A stretch of DNA of 64,000 nt. Origin: a virus. Taxonomy: Duplodnaviria; Heunggongvirae; Uroviricota; Caudoviricetes. The notes beneath the pieces were generated by a model that saw only the letters and a list, made by a program, of their open reading frames with translations, made no database searches and was not told the DNA's origin. Below are positions 1 through 12,406 of this stretch, piece after piece. Location: the IMG/VR virus record IMGVR_UViG_3300032167_000002, positions 88,286-152,285 of that record. One strand, given 5' to 3'. Both the position numbers and the translations under genes were made by a program. The number at the start of each line of letters is the position of its first letter. Positions within the stretch are counted from its first letter, which is position 1.

Positions 1-2892
1 GCCAAAAAAGCTAAAGATAACGGAGAGATAACTCAAGAAGAATATCAAAAGTTATTTGATGAGCTTTATGCTAAAGAGCAAGAGAAAAAATACTATGCAA
101 TGACTACATTAAAAACTGCTAGTATTGGAAGAGGTTTCTCTATTAATGACAAAGATTATGAATTAACCATAGAACAATATAATGCTATTTTAAATGAATT
201 AGATGAATATATTTTAGCAGAAACTTATGATGGTGAATTAAAAACTGATGCTGAAGGTAGAAAATTTAATTATAAGAGTAGATATGGTACTCTTTCTAAA
301 GCTTTACAAGAGTTTGAGGCTCAAGGTCATAAAGTTCTTGGAGATTCAGAAGAAGCTAGTGATGTTACTTTAACTGAAGTTGAGGTTACAAATCAAAGTC
401 ATATTCGTTTAGATGTTAAATCTCCTTATTTCTATATTATTAGCGAATAGGGTAAACGTATTTTAAATATTGGTGATGGCACTGGATTTGACTTTGAAGA
501 TTATCCATATTTACAATATTCAATTGAAAAGTTCCAGCGAGATAAAGATGGAACAATTCTTTTAGTTAATTTAACTGATGAAACTGGTTCAACTATTAAA
601 ATTGAAGATATAGATGAGGCTAAAGAATTATTAAATTCTGAATGTTCAATTTTAAGAAGTGATGCTTATAATCGTTTTTAGATAAAAAAGAGCATTACTC
701 AAAAAGATTATGATAATATTTGTTTAGATATTGAGGATTATCGTACTAAGAAATTAGCATATTTAAATACTTGGACAGAAGAAAATGCTGAAACTTTTAT
801 TGATAAGACTTATGAAGTTGAATATATTCAAAAAACTGGTTTTATTGGTACTGGTACACAAAAAACGAATTGGCTTGAACCTTATGGAAGAAACCTTTCT
901 AAAGGTTATTATTTAAAATCTAATGATTTTACTTATACTGCTTTTAGTAAAGAGGATGGTATTGCAAGCGGTCAAGGTTCAGGCTTTTTACTTGATTTAA
1001 CAAATGGACACATTAATGCAGCAAATTTAAGCATTGCTTCAAAAAATGTATTTATTGATTCTGGTAAAAATGCTGACCCATTTTTTATTATTAAAGATAA
1101 TGATGGATGTAATTTAATTTATGCTGGACAATAGGATTTTTATATTCAATCTCATACATATTCAAGATATGCTCTTGGAGATAGGCTAACTGATGATAAT
1201 GGTAAACAATATTATTATCCAGGTATGAAAATTGATACTGATGGAAATAATTTTTTATTTGATATTAGAGGTAATTATCAATCAATAGTAAATATTAATA
1301 AGGATGAATTTTTCCTGCAAACTGATAATTATAAAATTCGAGAATATATTACTATAACAAAGTGTTATAATCAAGATTATAGTATGAGTTTTGATATACA
1401 GGTCGGTAAAGCTGAAAAAGGACATATTATTTATACTGCACCAAATTTTAATAAAAAAAGTGAAAATGTTACGACTGAAGAACATACTTCTATTACTTTA
1501 TATGAAAGTAAAAAAATTGATGGAATAATGTGGTATAAAATTAACACTGAGCAATGGATACCAGCATTATCTTTTGAATCGATTGAGGTAAATGATGAAG
1601 GTATTGGTACTGGTATAACTTATTTAAACCAAATTATTTATAGCGATTCTGATTATAATTCTATTAAAGTTGGTTTTACCAAAGATTCTCATGTTGCAGG
1701 TGTTAATATTTAGGCAACTAGAGCAGTTGATGGAGTAGAGTGGTATGCTATTGAAGTACTTGAAGTTGAACATTGGCTACCTGATTATTCTATTAAAACT
1801 GGTTCTTATGGTTCTGGTATTAGATTGGATTTGTAGGGTGGCTATATTGATGCTTATGATTTTATTATTCGAGGTGAATCTAGCACAGACCCCACTGCAG
1901 GTTCTTATTTATTATTAGATAGTTAGACTCCGCAATTTGTAGTTCATTTAACTACTCCAGACAGTGATGGTATAATTGATTTAGATTTAATTAAAATTTC
2001 TCCAGATGAATTTTATTTACATTCTGCAAATTGGTTAGAAACTACTACTCAAGTCACCACTTAGCGGACAGCTAAGATGGACGGCGGCTGGAATATTAGA
2101 AGCGGTCCTGGTATGGATTATTCTATTATCGGTTATTCTTCAAGTGGAAAAAGAGTGGTTGTATATGAAAAGCAGGGAGATTGGTACTGTATCGGAGAAG
2201 ACTAGTGGATTTGGTATGAAGGTTTAACTGATTTTCAAGAAGGTGGAACCGCAAATAAAACTTATGGCACTGGCATGGAAATTGATTTAAATGATGGTCG
2301 TATTACTGCATACAATGCCAATAATGCGGGTAAAGAATTATTAATTAATTCATTACATGATACATATCCAATTTAGCTAGGAGAAATTGGAGATTATAAT
2401 TTCCAAATTGGTTGGGATGGTAGTTTAAAGGGCGGTAGTATTTATGGTTGGAGTATTGATGCAAGTGGTACTGCTACGTTTAATCGTTTGAATGCTAATG
2501 GTGGTGTTTTAAGTTGGATGTCTATCGGCAGTGCTAATATTTATGATGTTGATATTACTTCTGGCACAATTGCAGGTATGGACTTCACTACTGGAGGCAT
2601 TACTGCAGGAGATTGGAATTTTAGTTCTAATGGATTAAGTCATAATGGAAAAGCAATGGAAAAGAAAACTTATGATTCAGTGCGCTATATGTCTTTATGG
2701 ACAAAAAAAATACCAGTAAGTGTTAGCGGTAGTTGCTCAATCGAAATTGATGGAGCTACTTATTATGGCTCATGCTCTGCTAGTGGAAATACTACTGAAG
2801 ATGTAGGTTATAGAATTGGTTATGTAAAAATGATTTATAATGGATATGGAGAAGAAGGTCAAGAGTCTGCAGTTGTATTTACACCAGCATAA
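1..2892 (+). CDS. 5'-partial tail-associated protein (at least 963 aa) with a bacterial SH3 (SH3b) cell-wall-binding-like domain (NIRSGPGMDYSIIGYSSSGKRVVVYEKQGDWYCI). Nine in-frame TAG codons at 448, 679, 1132, 1711, 1834, 1924, 2062, 2203 and 2374 are read as sense. Stop is TAA at 2890.
   Basis: Frame 1 checked codon by codon from 1 to 2892. It contains no TAA or TGA, only 9 TAG. The three same-frame track ORFs (100..450, 1225..1713, 2488..2892) are pieces of one gene. SH3b motif recognised by eye. Confidence 0.7.
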
Positions 2893-2901
2893 GGAGGATT
2901 T

Positions 2902-3270
2902 ATGACAAATTTAGAAATTTTAAATTTTAATGAATTATATAAACAAAATTTTCAAGAATTTGATGAATTATTACCAGCAAAAATTTTGTTTTATATTTAT
3001 AAAAATTTATCATTAATTGAAATATCATTACATCATATTGAAAATACTAGAAATAGTATTATTCGTAAATATGGTTTAATTGATGAATCAAAAGATACTA
3101 TTCAAATTCCTCCAGAATTAGTAAATGAAGCTAATAAGGAATTAGAAGAAGTTTTAAAAATGGAATAGGAAATTAATTTTTTTTTAATTCCTCTTTCATG
3201 GTTTGATAATATCAATCTTAATCCAAAGCATATGAAATTATTATGGATTATGATTGATGAAAATAAATAA
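2902..3270 (+). CDS. Small hypothetical protein (122 aa with TAG at 3166 read through), paralogue of the following gene.
   Basis: RBS AAGGAGGA upstream. Frame 1 continues past TAG 3166 to TAA 3268. The extended C-terminus (LLWIMIDENK) matches the paralogue C-terminus (ALMFMID). The TAG aligns to CAG (Gln) in the paralogue. Confidence 0.6.
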
Positions 3271-3284
3271 AGGAGAAAAAGGTT

Positions 3285-3653
3285 ATGACTATGACAAACT
3301 TTGAAATTTACAATATCGCTAAAGCTATGAGTGACGCCTTCCAGGATGGCACTCAGTATCTACCCGTTAAAGTAAATTTTTTCATTCAGAAGAATAAAGC
3401 TACTTTAATGTCTTTAGCACAAGATATTGATAATTCTCGTATTGAGATTGTTAAGAATTATGGTACTATGGATGAAGAATCCAATCAGTTTATTGTACCA
3501 GAAGATAAGATTGAAGCTGCTAACGCAGAGTTGATGGACCTGTTTAATATTGAGCAGGAAGTTGATATTCGTAAGGTAAGCATTGATTCTTTCCCCGAAG
3601 ATATTAATCTAACCACTGCTCAAATGGAAGCTTTAATGTTTATGATTGACTAA
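3285..3653 (+). CDS. Small hypothetical protein (122 aa), paralogue of 2902..3270.
   Basis: Intact ORF with RBS AAAGGAGAAAAAGG. N-terminal MTNxEIxN and C-terminal AN.EL... similarity to the upstream gene. Confidence 0.65.
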   Translation: MTMTNFEIYNIAKAMSDAFQDGTQYLPVKVNFFIQKNKATLMSLAQDIDNSRIEIVKNYGTMDEESNQFIVPEDKIEAANAELMDLFNIEQEVDIRKVSIDSFPEDINLTTAQMEALMFMID

Positions 3654-3693
3654 TAAATATTAGGCCAGGTAAATTCTTACCTGGCCTAACTTA

Positions 3694-6678
3694 TTGCAGA
3701 GAGAAAGGAGATTAATGATGTCAACTACTAAGTTATACCCTCCTTATGTGGATGCCGCAGTTCCTGCGCAGTTGGTTCCCGATGAAAGTACATCAGAAAC
3801 AACTGTAACACTTACTATTCCATTTCAATTAAATAAGGCAGTAAGTTGGGTAGATTTAAAATCAAAAAATAATATCGCTTTGATTTTGAAAACGGTATCA
3901 ACAGGAAAAGTTTTATTAGATTGTTATAAAGGAAACGTTTTAACTCATTATGAACCTACTGGAACACCTGCCGCAGAATTTGAAATTCCTAAAACTACTT
4001 TTAATCCTGTTGCAGGATAGTTTTATAAAGCTCAAATCGCTTTCATAGATTCTGATGATACTATTGGATATTTTTCAGATGTGACTATTGTAAAATTTAC
4101 TGCAATTCCTGTTATAGGTATTGCCGATTTAGCAAGTGGAACAAATGCTGCTCAATATGTTTATACAGGTACATTTTCAACTACTGATGTTACTGAAAAA
4201 GTATACTCATATGAATTTAATATTTATGATTGTGAAACTGGTATTTTGCATGACACAAGCGGAGTTATGATTCATAATAGTAGCACAGATGTTGAACGAG
4301 GAAAATCTTTTGACACTTGGACATCTTATAAAACTTTAATTAATGAGCGTCAATATTCTATATGTTATAAAATCACTACTATTAATGGTTTAGTGATGGA
4401 AACTCCAGCTTATGGAATAATGGCAGTTGAAACTTTAGATTTAGTTTCTAGAAACACAGAATTTATTGCAACATTATATAGTGATGATGCTTATATTCAT
4501 GTTCATATTATGCCAAAAGATATTGATGCAAATATTAAAGCAATTACTGGTAATTTTATTTTAGTTAGAGCATCCAGTGAAGATGGATTTGGTAGCTGGA
4601 ATGAAATTTATCGTTTCACTTTGATTAATAACTATCCTTTAATGACACTGTGGAAAGATTTTACGGTGCAACAAGGATATTCATATAAATATGCTGTACA
4701 AGCCTATAATTCTAAAGGTGTTTATTCTAATCGATTAGAATGTAAATATTATGCTAGTGAATTTGATGAGCGCAATGATGACATTAACCGTTAGAATTGG
4801 AACGCAGAAGCAAAAGACCCTATTGAAAATACTAACTTAAATTGGAATTATTTACAAGAAATTGATGGGTCTCCAACTCAAAGCGGATTGCCAGTAGATT
4901 TTGAAGATGCTTTTCTTTATGATGGAAAACGCCAATTGAGAATTAGATATAATCCAAAAATTAGTTCTTTTAAATCAACTGTGCTTGAAACTAAAATGGA
5001 TACTATTGGAGGTAAATATCCTTTTATTTTCCGTAACGGAAATGTTGAATATAAAGAATTCCCAATTTCTGGTTTAATTACAATGATTAGCGATGAAAAT
5101 GCTTTATTTATGGAGTATTCCAAAGAGAATCCAAAAGCTCGTCAGTACAGTACACATCCGCCATATGGTAATGATAATGCGGATTGGTGGGTCAGCCGAA
5201 CTGGTATGACGGAGTATGAAGTTCGTAAGACCCAAGAAAAAGAGTTAAGTGGTTCTCCCACAGCATTAACCGCTAGCAACTTCCGCAAAGAGCGTGAATT
5301 TAAAATGGAAGTGTTGGATTGGTTAACAAATGGACAACCAAAGCTATTCCGTTCTCCAAGTGAAGGTAATTTTATTGTTCGTTTAATGAATACATCATTA
5401 ACTCCAAATGATTAGCTTGGACGATTATTACATACTTTCCAATGTACTGCATATGAAATTGCGGAATGTAATTATGAAAATTTGGAAAAATATAAATTTA
5501 TTCATGCTCTCGATACTAGTTATTAGGAATTGAAATTTAAAATGCTTGATTGCAATAATACTTTTGCTGACATTCATAATAGACAAATTATTATTGAGGG
5601 TGGTGCTTATTACTTTGCAGTAATAGACCAATGGAGTTATTTGGCATTGAGAATTACTTATGTAAATGGTACATCACAAGTTATTGATGTTGGTAACTCT
5701 ACTGGACAATATTTGTTTGACAGAGAAGCATTAAAAAATAACCCAATTGTTTCAGTAACTTATCAAGAAGGTGCGCCAGATGTTGGTAGTAAAATTCTTT
5801 ATGGATATTATGATACATCAGATATTGCTTTCTCTTTGATTGCAAGTGTTACAAGAGAAACAGTAGTAGACCAAATTATCGGTCATCCGCAAACTTCTTA
5901 CCGTATAGATAGTTTTAAAATTAATTATGTTCCAACTATTTTAAATGGCATTGGATATAGAGACTTGGCTACAGATTTACAAAAGGTTTATGGCGAAGAT
6001 GAAATTCCTCGTTGTACTCTTGGTAAATTTTATTACTTAAAAGCTGAACCCAGAGAGATTACTTTCGTTTATAAAAAAGAAAATAAATATTATGAAACTT
6101 CAAAATGTGATTATGAGGTTCGTCAATGGGATGATACTTATATTTATAAAGTTTTCGAAGAAAGTGATGGCACTTGGGAACCTACGAATCAATATAGTGG
6201 ACGTCCTTCAAATAATATCTTATTACCAGAGCCAAGTTATCTCATTAAATTAAATGCAAAACCCAATAATGGTATTGACCCTGCTCAAGAAGAGTTTGTG
6301 GATTTAAGTTTAAAGGGCGGTAGCGGAGGTAATGCTCCTATTACTACTGGACGATATGAACTTTATTTTGATTTGGATAAAGTAGAAAGTTTATATATTG
6401 GCTCAGGAGTTGTATGTGAAATTTGTTATAATTTAAATACAATTCATTATGAAGCTGAAGATAATATTCAATATAGTGAATTGGTTGATAGATATAATAC
6501 TTGGCAAAATCAGCAACGTCAATATAAGAGTATGTTAAAAGCTGGATATAGTAGATTTAGTGCTGATGTCGAACGCGCTCGTATGAATATGGAACAAAGT
6601 TATCATTAGTATTTAAATCAGTTAGAATATATTCTAAATAAGTTGCAAATGGATGGTGAGACTTATTATGCTTTATGA
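3694..6678 (+). CDS. Large tail/baseplate structural protein (about 994 aa). Five in-frame TAG codons at 4018, 4792, 5413, 5524 and 6607. Stop is TGA at 6676.
   Basis: Five same-frame (frame 1) track ORFs (3694..4020, 4081..4794, 4888..5415, 5530..6609) are contiguous through TAG only. Codons verified manually across every junction. RBS AGAGAAAGGAG upstream of 3694. Confidence 0.65.
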
Positions 6679-9310
6679 TAAAGAATTTTTGAAAGAATTA
6701 GACAAAACAAAAAATAAAATTGTCTATGCAAAAGTTACTGCATTAACAGTAGAGGAGTCCCCCATTGAAAGCATTGAAGGTCGTGTAACCCAGGGCTCCA
6801 TCAACTTAGATGGAGCTTCTGCGGTTCGTCGTTCTTGTTCTTTATCAATTGTAGCAGAGAATTTTGATTATTCAGATTATTTATGGGGAATGAATACAAA
6901 ATTTAAGTTAGAAGTTGGTTTACAAAATGATATAAATGATAATTTTCCCAAGATTATTTGGTTTAACCAGGGAATTTATATCATAACATCTTTTAATACA
7001 TCTAGAACTACCAATAACTTTACTATTACTATTCAAGGAAAAGATAAGATGTGTCTTTTGAATGGAGAAGTAAGTGGTACTATTGGAGTACAAACAGATT
7101 TTGGTACAATTGAAGAAGAAGATAATGAAGGAACTTGGACTATTAGACAAATTCCTATTCCTGAAATTATCCGTAATATGGTTCATGCATATGGCGGAGA
7201 GCCTTATCATAATATTATTATTAAAGATTTGGATACTTTAGGCTTAGAGCTTTTAGAATATCGATATGAAAATATGCCTTTAGTTATGTATCGTAAAGCT
7301 GAAAGTAATACATATACAAATATTGCTTTTTTAGATAGTGATATGTATTTATATGCTAATAAAAATGATGTCGGAAATGTAGATAGACGAGTATATTTAA
7401 AAGATATTCCCGATACACATTTTGAACAATTAATTGATGGTATTCATACAAGTGACCCTATTGTATATTATGATGATGATAAAGTTGGTTATAAATTAAC
7501 TAAGCTTCAATACGGAGATACCGCAGGTTATCGAACAACTGAATTAACATATGCTGGAGACTTGATTGCAAACGTAGGTGAATCAATTACTTCAGTTCTT
7601 GATAAAATTAAAAATATGCTTGTTGAATTTGAATATTTTTATGATGTTGATGGACGTTTTATATTCCAGAAGAAACAATCTTATACTCAGACTCTATGGT
7701 CTCCAAGTGGTGATGGAGAAGAGGGAATCACAGAAGGTTTGTTATGGAGTGATGCAGCCGCATATACTTTTAGTGGCAGCGAATTAATCACTGGTTTTAA
7801 TAATAATCCTAATCTTTTGAATTTAAGAAATGATTTTTCAATTTGGGGTGAGCGCACAGGCATTAGCGGCGCGCAGATTCCCATTCATTTAAGATATGCC
7901 ATTGATGAAAAACCAACTGCTTATACAACTATTTCTTTAACTGATTTTGATAAGAATGAAGTGGATGAATATAATTTAAAATATGGAACTAATTTAAATA
8001 ATAATCCTACTTCAATTACTTATTCTATTCACCCAAATATAAGTAGAGCTAAGAATTATGTTTATGTAACCGATTGGCGAGAAGTATTGTTCCAAATGGC
8101 AAAAGATTATTTTAGATATAATACTTTAAGTGATTTTGAAATTCGTGTGCGCGAAGCTAATCCAACGCTCTATCCCTCTGGCCGCACAGGCTATGAACAA
8201 TATTATACTGATATTCAAGTTTGCTGGCGTTAGCTATATAATCCTGAATTACGAAATAAAATTGCGGATTATACAGAAGAAGTTGCGGCATTAACGAATG
8301 AAGTGACTCAATTAGATAAAGAAATTAAAGATATTGAGAATAGAATTATTGAGTTGAATAATCAATTAAATACTGCTACAACTCAGAGTTCAATTGATAG
8401 TATTGTTTTATCAATTTTATCAGAGCAACAATCTCGCACTGATAAAAAAGCATTAAAATCTCAAAAAGAATATCTTATCGAACAAAAATAGGAAAGCTTA
8501 GATTCTTATAATGAAGATATTTTAAATTATTATCAAGCTCAAGAATTAATAGAATTAGATGTAAATTTATTTACTACTCAATTCCCCTTATCTGACAGTT
8601 AGATTACTATTGATATTTTAGATAGATTTAGAGTTCCAAAAAATTTAATTGATGAACTTTTAGATGAGAAAACCGGTGAACCAATTGCTATTAAAGTTAG
8701 TGATATCCTTTACTTTAAAGAAGATGATAGTTATTTTTCTGTTATTAATAGTTTTGATGATTATGTAATAATTGCATATTATGATAAATCTCGTCTACAT
8801 TGGCATAAAAATGTTTTTGAGAATCCTGGCAATTTAAATTATTGGTTTGACTTTTTAGATACCGCAGGAGAGCTAAGCCAATATAGCGTACGAGCTATTG
8901 GAGCACGGACGAAAGCTATTAATGAAAATACCGTAAAATCCATTTATTTTAGGGAAACTCCACCAGTTATTTTCGCACCAGATATTACTGATGACGAAAA
9001 AATGAGTGGTTATAAATATATTCAAATTCCAGAATTTGAAATGGATAAAATGTTTAGTATTAGTGCGCAAGGTAAATCCGCAAAAGAGCGCTTAGATGAA
9101 CTTCTTTACAATCATGGTTATTGTACAGAAAGTGCAACTATTACAACAATTCCAGTATATTATTTACAACCAAACACTCGTATTAAAGTATCTGATGAAA
9201 AAACTAAAATTGATGGAGAATACATTGTAAGTAAACTTACAATTCCTTTAGCACATAACGGAACTATGTAGTTAACTACAACGAAAGCTGCATAGACACT
9301 ATTCTTTTAA
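6653..9310 (+). CDS. Tail structural protein (about 885 aa), possibly a siphovirus-type distal-tail/endopeptidase-tail-like protein. TAG at 8231, 8489, 8600, 9269 and 9293 read through. Stop is TAA at 9308. Start is either ATG 6653 or ATG 6668.
   Basis: Frame 2 ORFs 6653..8233, 8303..8491 and 9002..9271 are joined by TAG-only gaps, verified codon by codon. Overlaps the stop of the upstream gene. Confidence 0.6.
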
Positions 9311-9322
9311 GAGAGGAGAGGT

Positions 9323-9661
9323 TTGATGAAAAAGATATATCAATATCGTTATTATGGTAATTCTGATAAGAATTATCCGAAAACTCTAAATGCAGTACAA
9401 TTAACCAATGGTGAAATTTTTAATCAAACCAGTAAGGGTTCCATTACTCATTTGGGTTTACAAGCTTCTCCAGGGACTACATTTTTTTTGAATCGTTGTG
9501 ATAATCCAATTCAAATTGGAAAAACTGGCATCTACGAGATAGATGTTACTGGTTATGGTTATATTACAAGCATTATGTTTAGTGATGATACACTAGCATT
9601 AGTAAATGAAGATAATGGAATTATTATTGATATTATATATGAAGGAGGTACTATCGAATGA
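9323..9661 (+). CDS. Hypothetical protein (112 aa).
   Basis: Intact ORF with RBS AGAGGAGAGG and TGA stop. No amber codons. Confidence 0.6.
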   Translation: MMKKIYQYRYYGNSDKNYPKTLNAVQLTNGEIFNQTSKGSITHLGLQASPGTTFFLNRCDNPIQIGKTGIYEIDVTGYGYITSIMFSDDTLALVNEDNGIIIDIIYEGGTIE

Positions 9662-10845
9662 GCAGCTTTTATGGTTAGATGCGATGGCAAGATTTTCAAT
9701 AGTTCTTCTTAAATTTCACTCTTGAGAATAAACATTTCTCAATTGATAATATTTTTAACACTTCCCCTCCATATGAAAATCAAATGACAATTGATTCGAC
9801 TATGAAGGCATATATTCAACCCAATGAAGATTTTGCCACATTTAGATTTAATGCAGCAAATCATTGGATTAAATTTGCGCCAATTGATTCTTAGGGGGAT
9901 GAAAAAACAACTTATGTTGGTTTTTCAATTTTTCATAATAAACCAAGCTTGGAAAACACCTATACTCTCCCAATTTTTGAAATAACAGTTCCACCTCAAG
10001 GCGCAACAATTGAAACCCTTGAGAGTGGAGAATGCTTTAAGATTGCTTGTCCTGCCTTTGATTAGGCAGGACATTTCGTAGGTGAGGACCATATAGAGCC
10101 AACCTATTTTAAAATGCCAGAGCAATTGATTCAAATTAATCAATCTGGTAATGACTTAGTTCTAACAGCTGAAAAGAAATTCCATTTTGCGAACACAGAT
10201 GGTTTAATTGAACTATTATTAAATGACGCAAAAAATAAATTAACTTTTTAGCATAAAACAAACTTCAATGACAACGAAGAGCCTGACTTTACTCCATTTT
10301 TATACGAAGGTAGTAAAGATGGTACTCAATATGAAGTTGAAATTGTATTGCAACCTGGTGATTTTATTTCAACTTATCATACGGTTTACGATAAAGCGGG
10401 TCATTTAACTACATTAGAAAAAATTTATTATCAATTACCAATTAGTGAAGTTGATTCTCGTATTGAAGTATTAGAAAATACTGTTGCTGAAATTCAAGGC
10501 GACCTTGAAAATATGGCAGGAGATATTGAGACTTTAACTGAAGATTTAGAAGATGCTATAAAAGATGTACAAAGAGCAAATGAAATGGTTGGTACTGATG
10601 CTGAGTTTGGTAGAGGAGACCAAGCCGCAAAAGAAGATTCTTTTAATGCTTGGGTTAAGGCTTTTACAGGAACAACTCAAAATTATCAATCTTTATCAGG
10701 AGCTCTTTCTGCAGTACTTGAAAAATTATCTTCTAATAATACTGATTTAGATAATGAAATGCGTAACTTCTATTCTCGTATTATTGCTATTGAAGATTAT
10801 TTAGATGGTAAGTTTACCGATTATGAGCCTCCAAAGAGAAGCTAA
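9658..10845 (+). CDS. Coiled-coil virion protein (395 aa) with TAG at 9676, 9700, 9892, 10063 and 10249 read through. C-terminal heptad-like region (EVLENTVAEIQGDLENMAGDIETLTEDLEDAIKD).
   Basis: ATG 9658 overlaps the TGA of the upstream gene (ATGA) and is preceded by GAAGGAGG at the proper spacing. Frame 1 is open to TAA 10843 with only TAG interruptions, translated manually. The track shows only the last 165 aa. Confidence 0.6.
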
Positions 10846-10910
10846 TATGCGTAATTTCTTTCTTTTAAGAAATTAAGATATAATATACTTTTAAGAAAGG
10901 AGAGAATATT

Positions 10911-12392
10911 TTGGCAAATTATGTAAAATTTATGCGTGGTACTCCAAAAGCCTATGAAATGCTTTTAGCCAGTCCAGAGAAACCAAATGTTGATACTCTG
11001 TATTTTATTTCCGAAGCAGATTCAACTAATGCGGTTTTATATTTGGGTGAAAAGCTAATTGCGGGCGGAGGGGGAGCCGCAGGTAAAATTAGTTTAAGTG
11101 AATTAACTGATATTGCTTTAAGTACAGATTTAGCTGATAAGTCTATTTTAGTATATGATACTGCTTCTGGTAAATGGGTTGATTCTACATTAGAACAAGC
11201 TATTTCTGTTTTTATCGGTGCTAGTAAAGATGCCGCAGGTACAGCTGGACTTGTTCCTGCTCCTGGATATGGAGAAACCAATAAGTTTTTACGTAGTGAC
11301 GGCACTTGGGTATCTATTGACAGTTCAGAAGCAACTATTATCACTATTGAAAATGAAGATAGTGAAGTCATGCATCAAGAGTTAATTGACCAAACCACAC
11401 AAGGATGGTTGCCATGTGCTGGTGATATTATCATTATTAAAGATATTATTATCAATGATAAATGGCAATATACTTCTTATGTATATAATGGTTCTACATG
11501 GGCAGCCATGGATGGAAACTATAATGCTGAAAATGTGTATTTTGATTCTGATTTCACATTTACAACTCCAGTTGGTACAGTCACTATTCCTTCTACTGGT
11601 AGTAAAGTAGTGGATGCCGCAGGAATGAATATTAAGGATTTCTTAGCAAGTATTTTTGCAGAAGAACAAAATCCTACTACGACAAAACCCTCTATTGCTT
11701 TCACTAAACCTTCTAGTGATGCTTCTTATGAAGTTGGAACTAAAGTAACTCCAGAATATGCATTAAGTTTCAATAGCGGCTCTTATACTTATAATACAAG
11801 CACTGGTGTTACTGCTACTGGATGGAATGTTAGTGATGGAACAACCACTCGTACTACTCAAAGTGGTACAATGGAAGAAATTCAAGTTATTGATAATATG
11901 AATTATAAAATGACTGCAACAGCTACTTATTCAGATGGTATTATTCCTTCTACCAATTTAGGCAAGGAATATGCTGATGGACAAATTAAAGCTGGAACCA
12001 CCAGTTCTAAAACTTCTAAATCCATTACTGGATATAGACAATGTTTCGCTGGTGGAGATTCTACTGGAAGTGAATTAACTTCTGCTTTTATCCGAGACAA
12101 TTTAGCTGGAAAAGGCAACGGCGCTTCTAATAGAACTATTACTTGGGCCGCAAGTGATTTAGCTGGTATGAAGCGTTATATTATTGCGCTTCCTGTGAGC
12201 GGTGGTAAGAGCGTTACATCTGCAATTATTACTTCAAGTATGAATGCAGATGCTACTGCAGATTATGTAAAACAAACCGCAACTGTTGAGGTTGAAGGTG
12301 CAAATGGATATACTGCAGTCGATTATAATATTTGGATTTATGCACCTGCTTCTATTGCAAGTACAGAAGTGCATAGTGTTACAATTGGATAA
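10911..12392 (+). CDS. Tail fibre/structural protein (493 aa) with no amber codons. Contains the FLRSDGTWVSI motif common in phage fibre proteins.
   Basis: Intact ORF with RBS AAAGGAGAG and TAA stop. Confidence 0.6.
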   Translation: MANYVKFMRGTPKAYEMLLASPEKPNVDTLYFISEADSTNAVLYLGEKLIAGGGGAAGKISLSELTDIALSTDLADKSILVYDTASGKWVDSTLEQAISVFIGASKDAAGTAGLVPAPGYGETNKFLRSDGTWVSIDSSEATIITIENEDSEVMHQELIDQTTQGWLPCAGDIIIIKDIIINDKWQYTSYVYNGSTWAAMDGNYNAENVYFDSDFTFTTPVGTVTIPSTGSKVVDAAGMNIKDFLASIFAEEQNPTTTKPSIAFTKPSSDASYEVGTKVTPEYALSFNSGSYTYNTSTGVTATGWNVSDGTTTRTTQSGTMEEIQVIDNMNYKMTATATYSDGIIPSTNLGKEYADGQIKAGTTSSKTSKSITGYRQCFAGGDSTGSELTSAFIRDNLAGKGNGASNRTITWAASDLAGMKRYIIALPVSGGKSVTSAIITSSMNADATADYVKQTATVEVEGANGYTAVDYNIWIYAPASIASTEVHSVTIG

Positions 12393-12406
12393 GGAGGACC
12401 TGAGAT

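Noticed and set aside
10952-11371. Antisense or alternate-frame track ORFs inside long genes (e.g. 1282..1485 -, 10952..11371 -, 27149..27352 -, 30851..31487 -, 49176..50316 +, 51395..51901 -, 62932..63585 +, 53557..53889 +).
   Set aside because: They overlap much longer, motif-bearing genes on the other strand or frame. They lack RBSs and have low-complexity or biased composition typical of shadow ORFs in AT-rich DNA.
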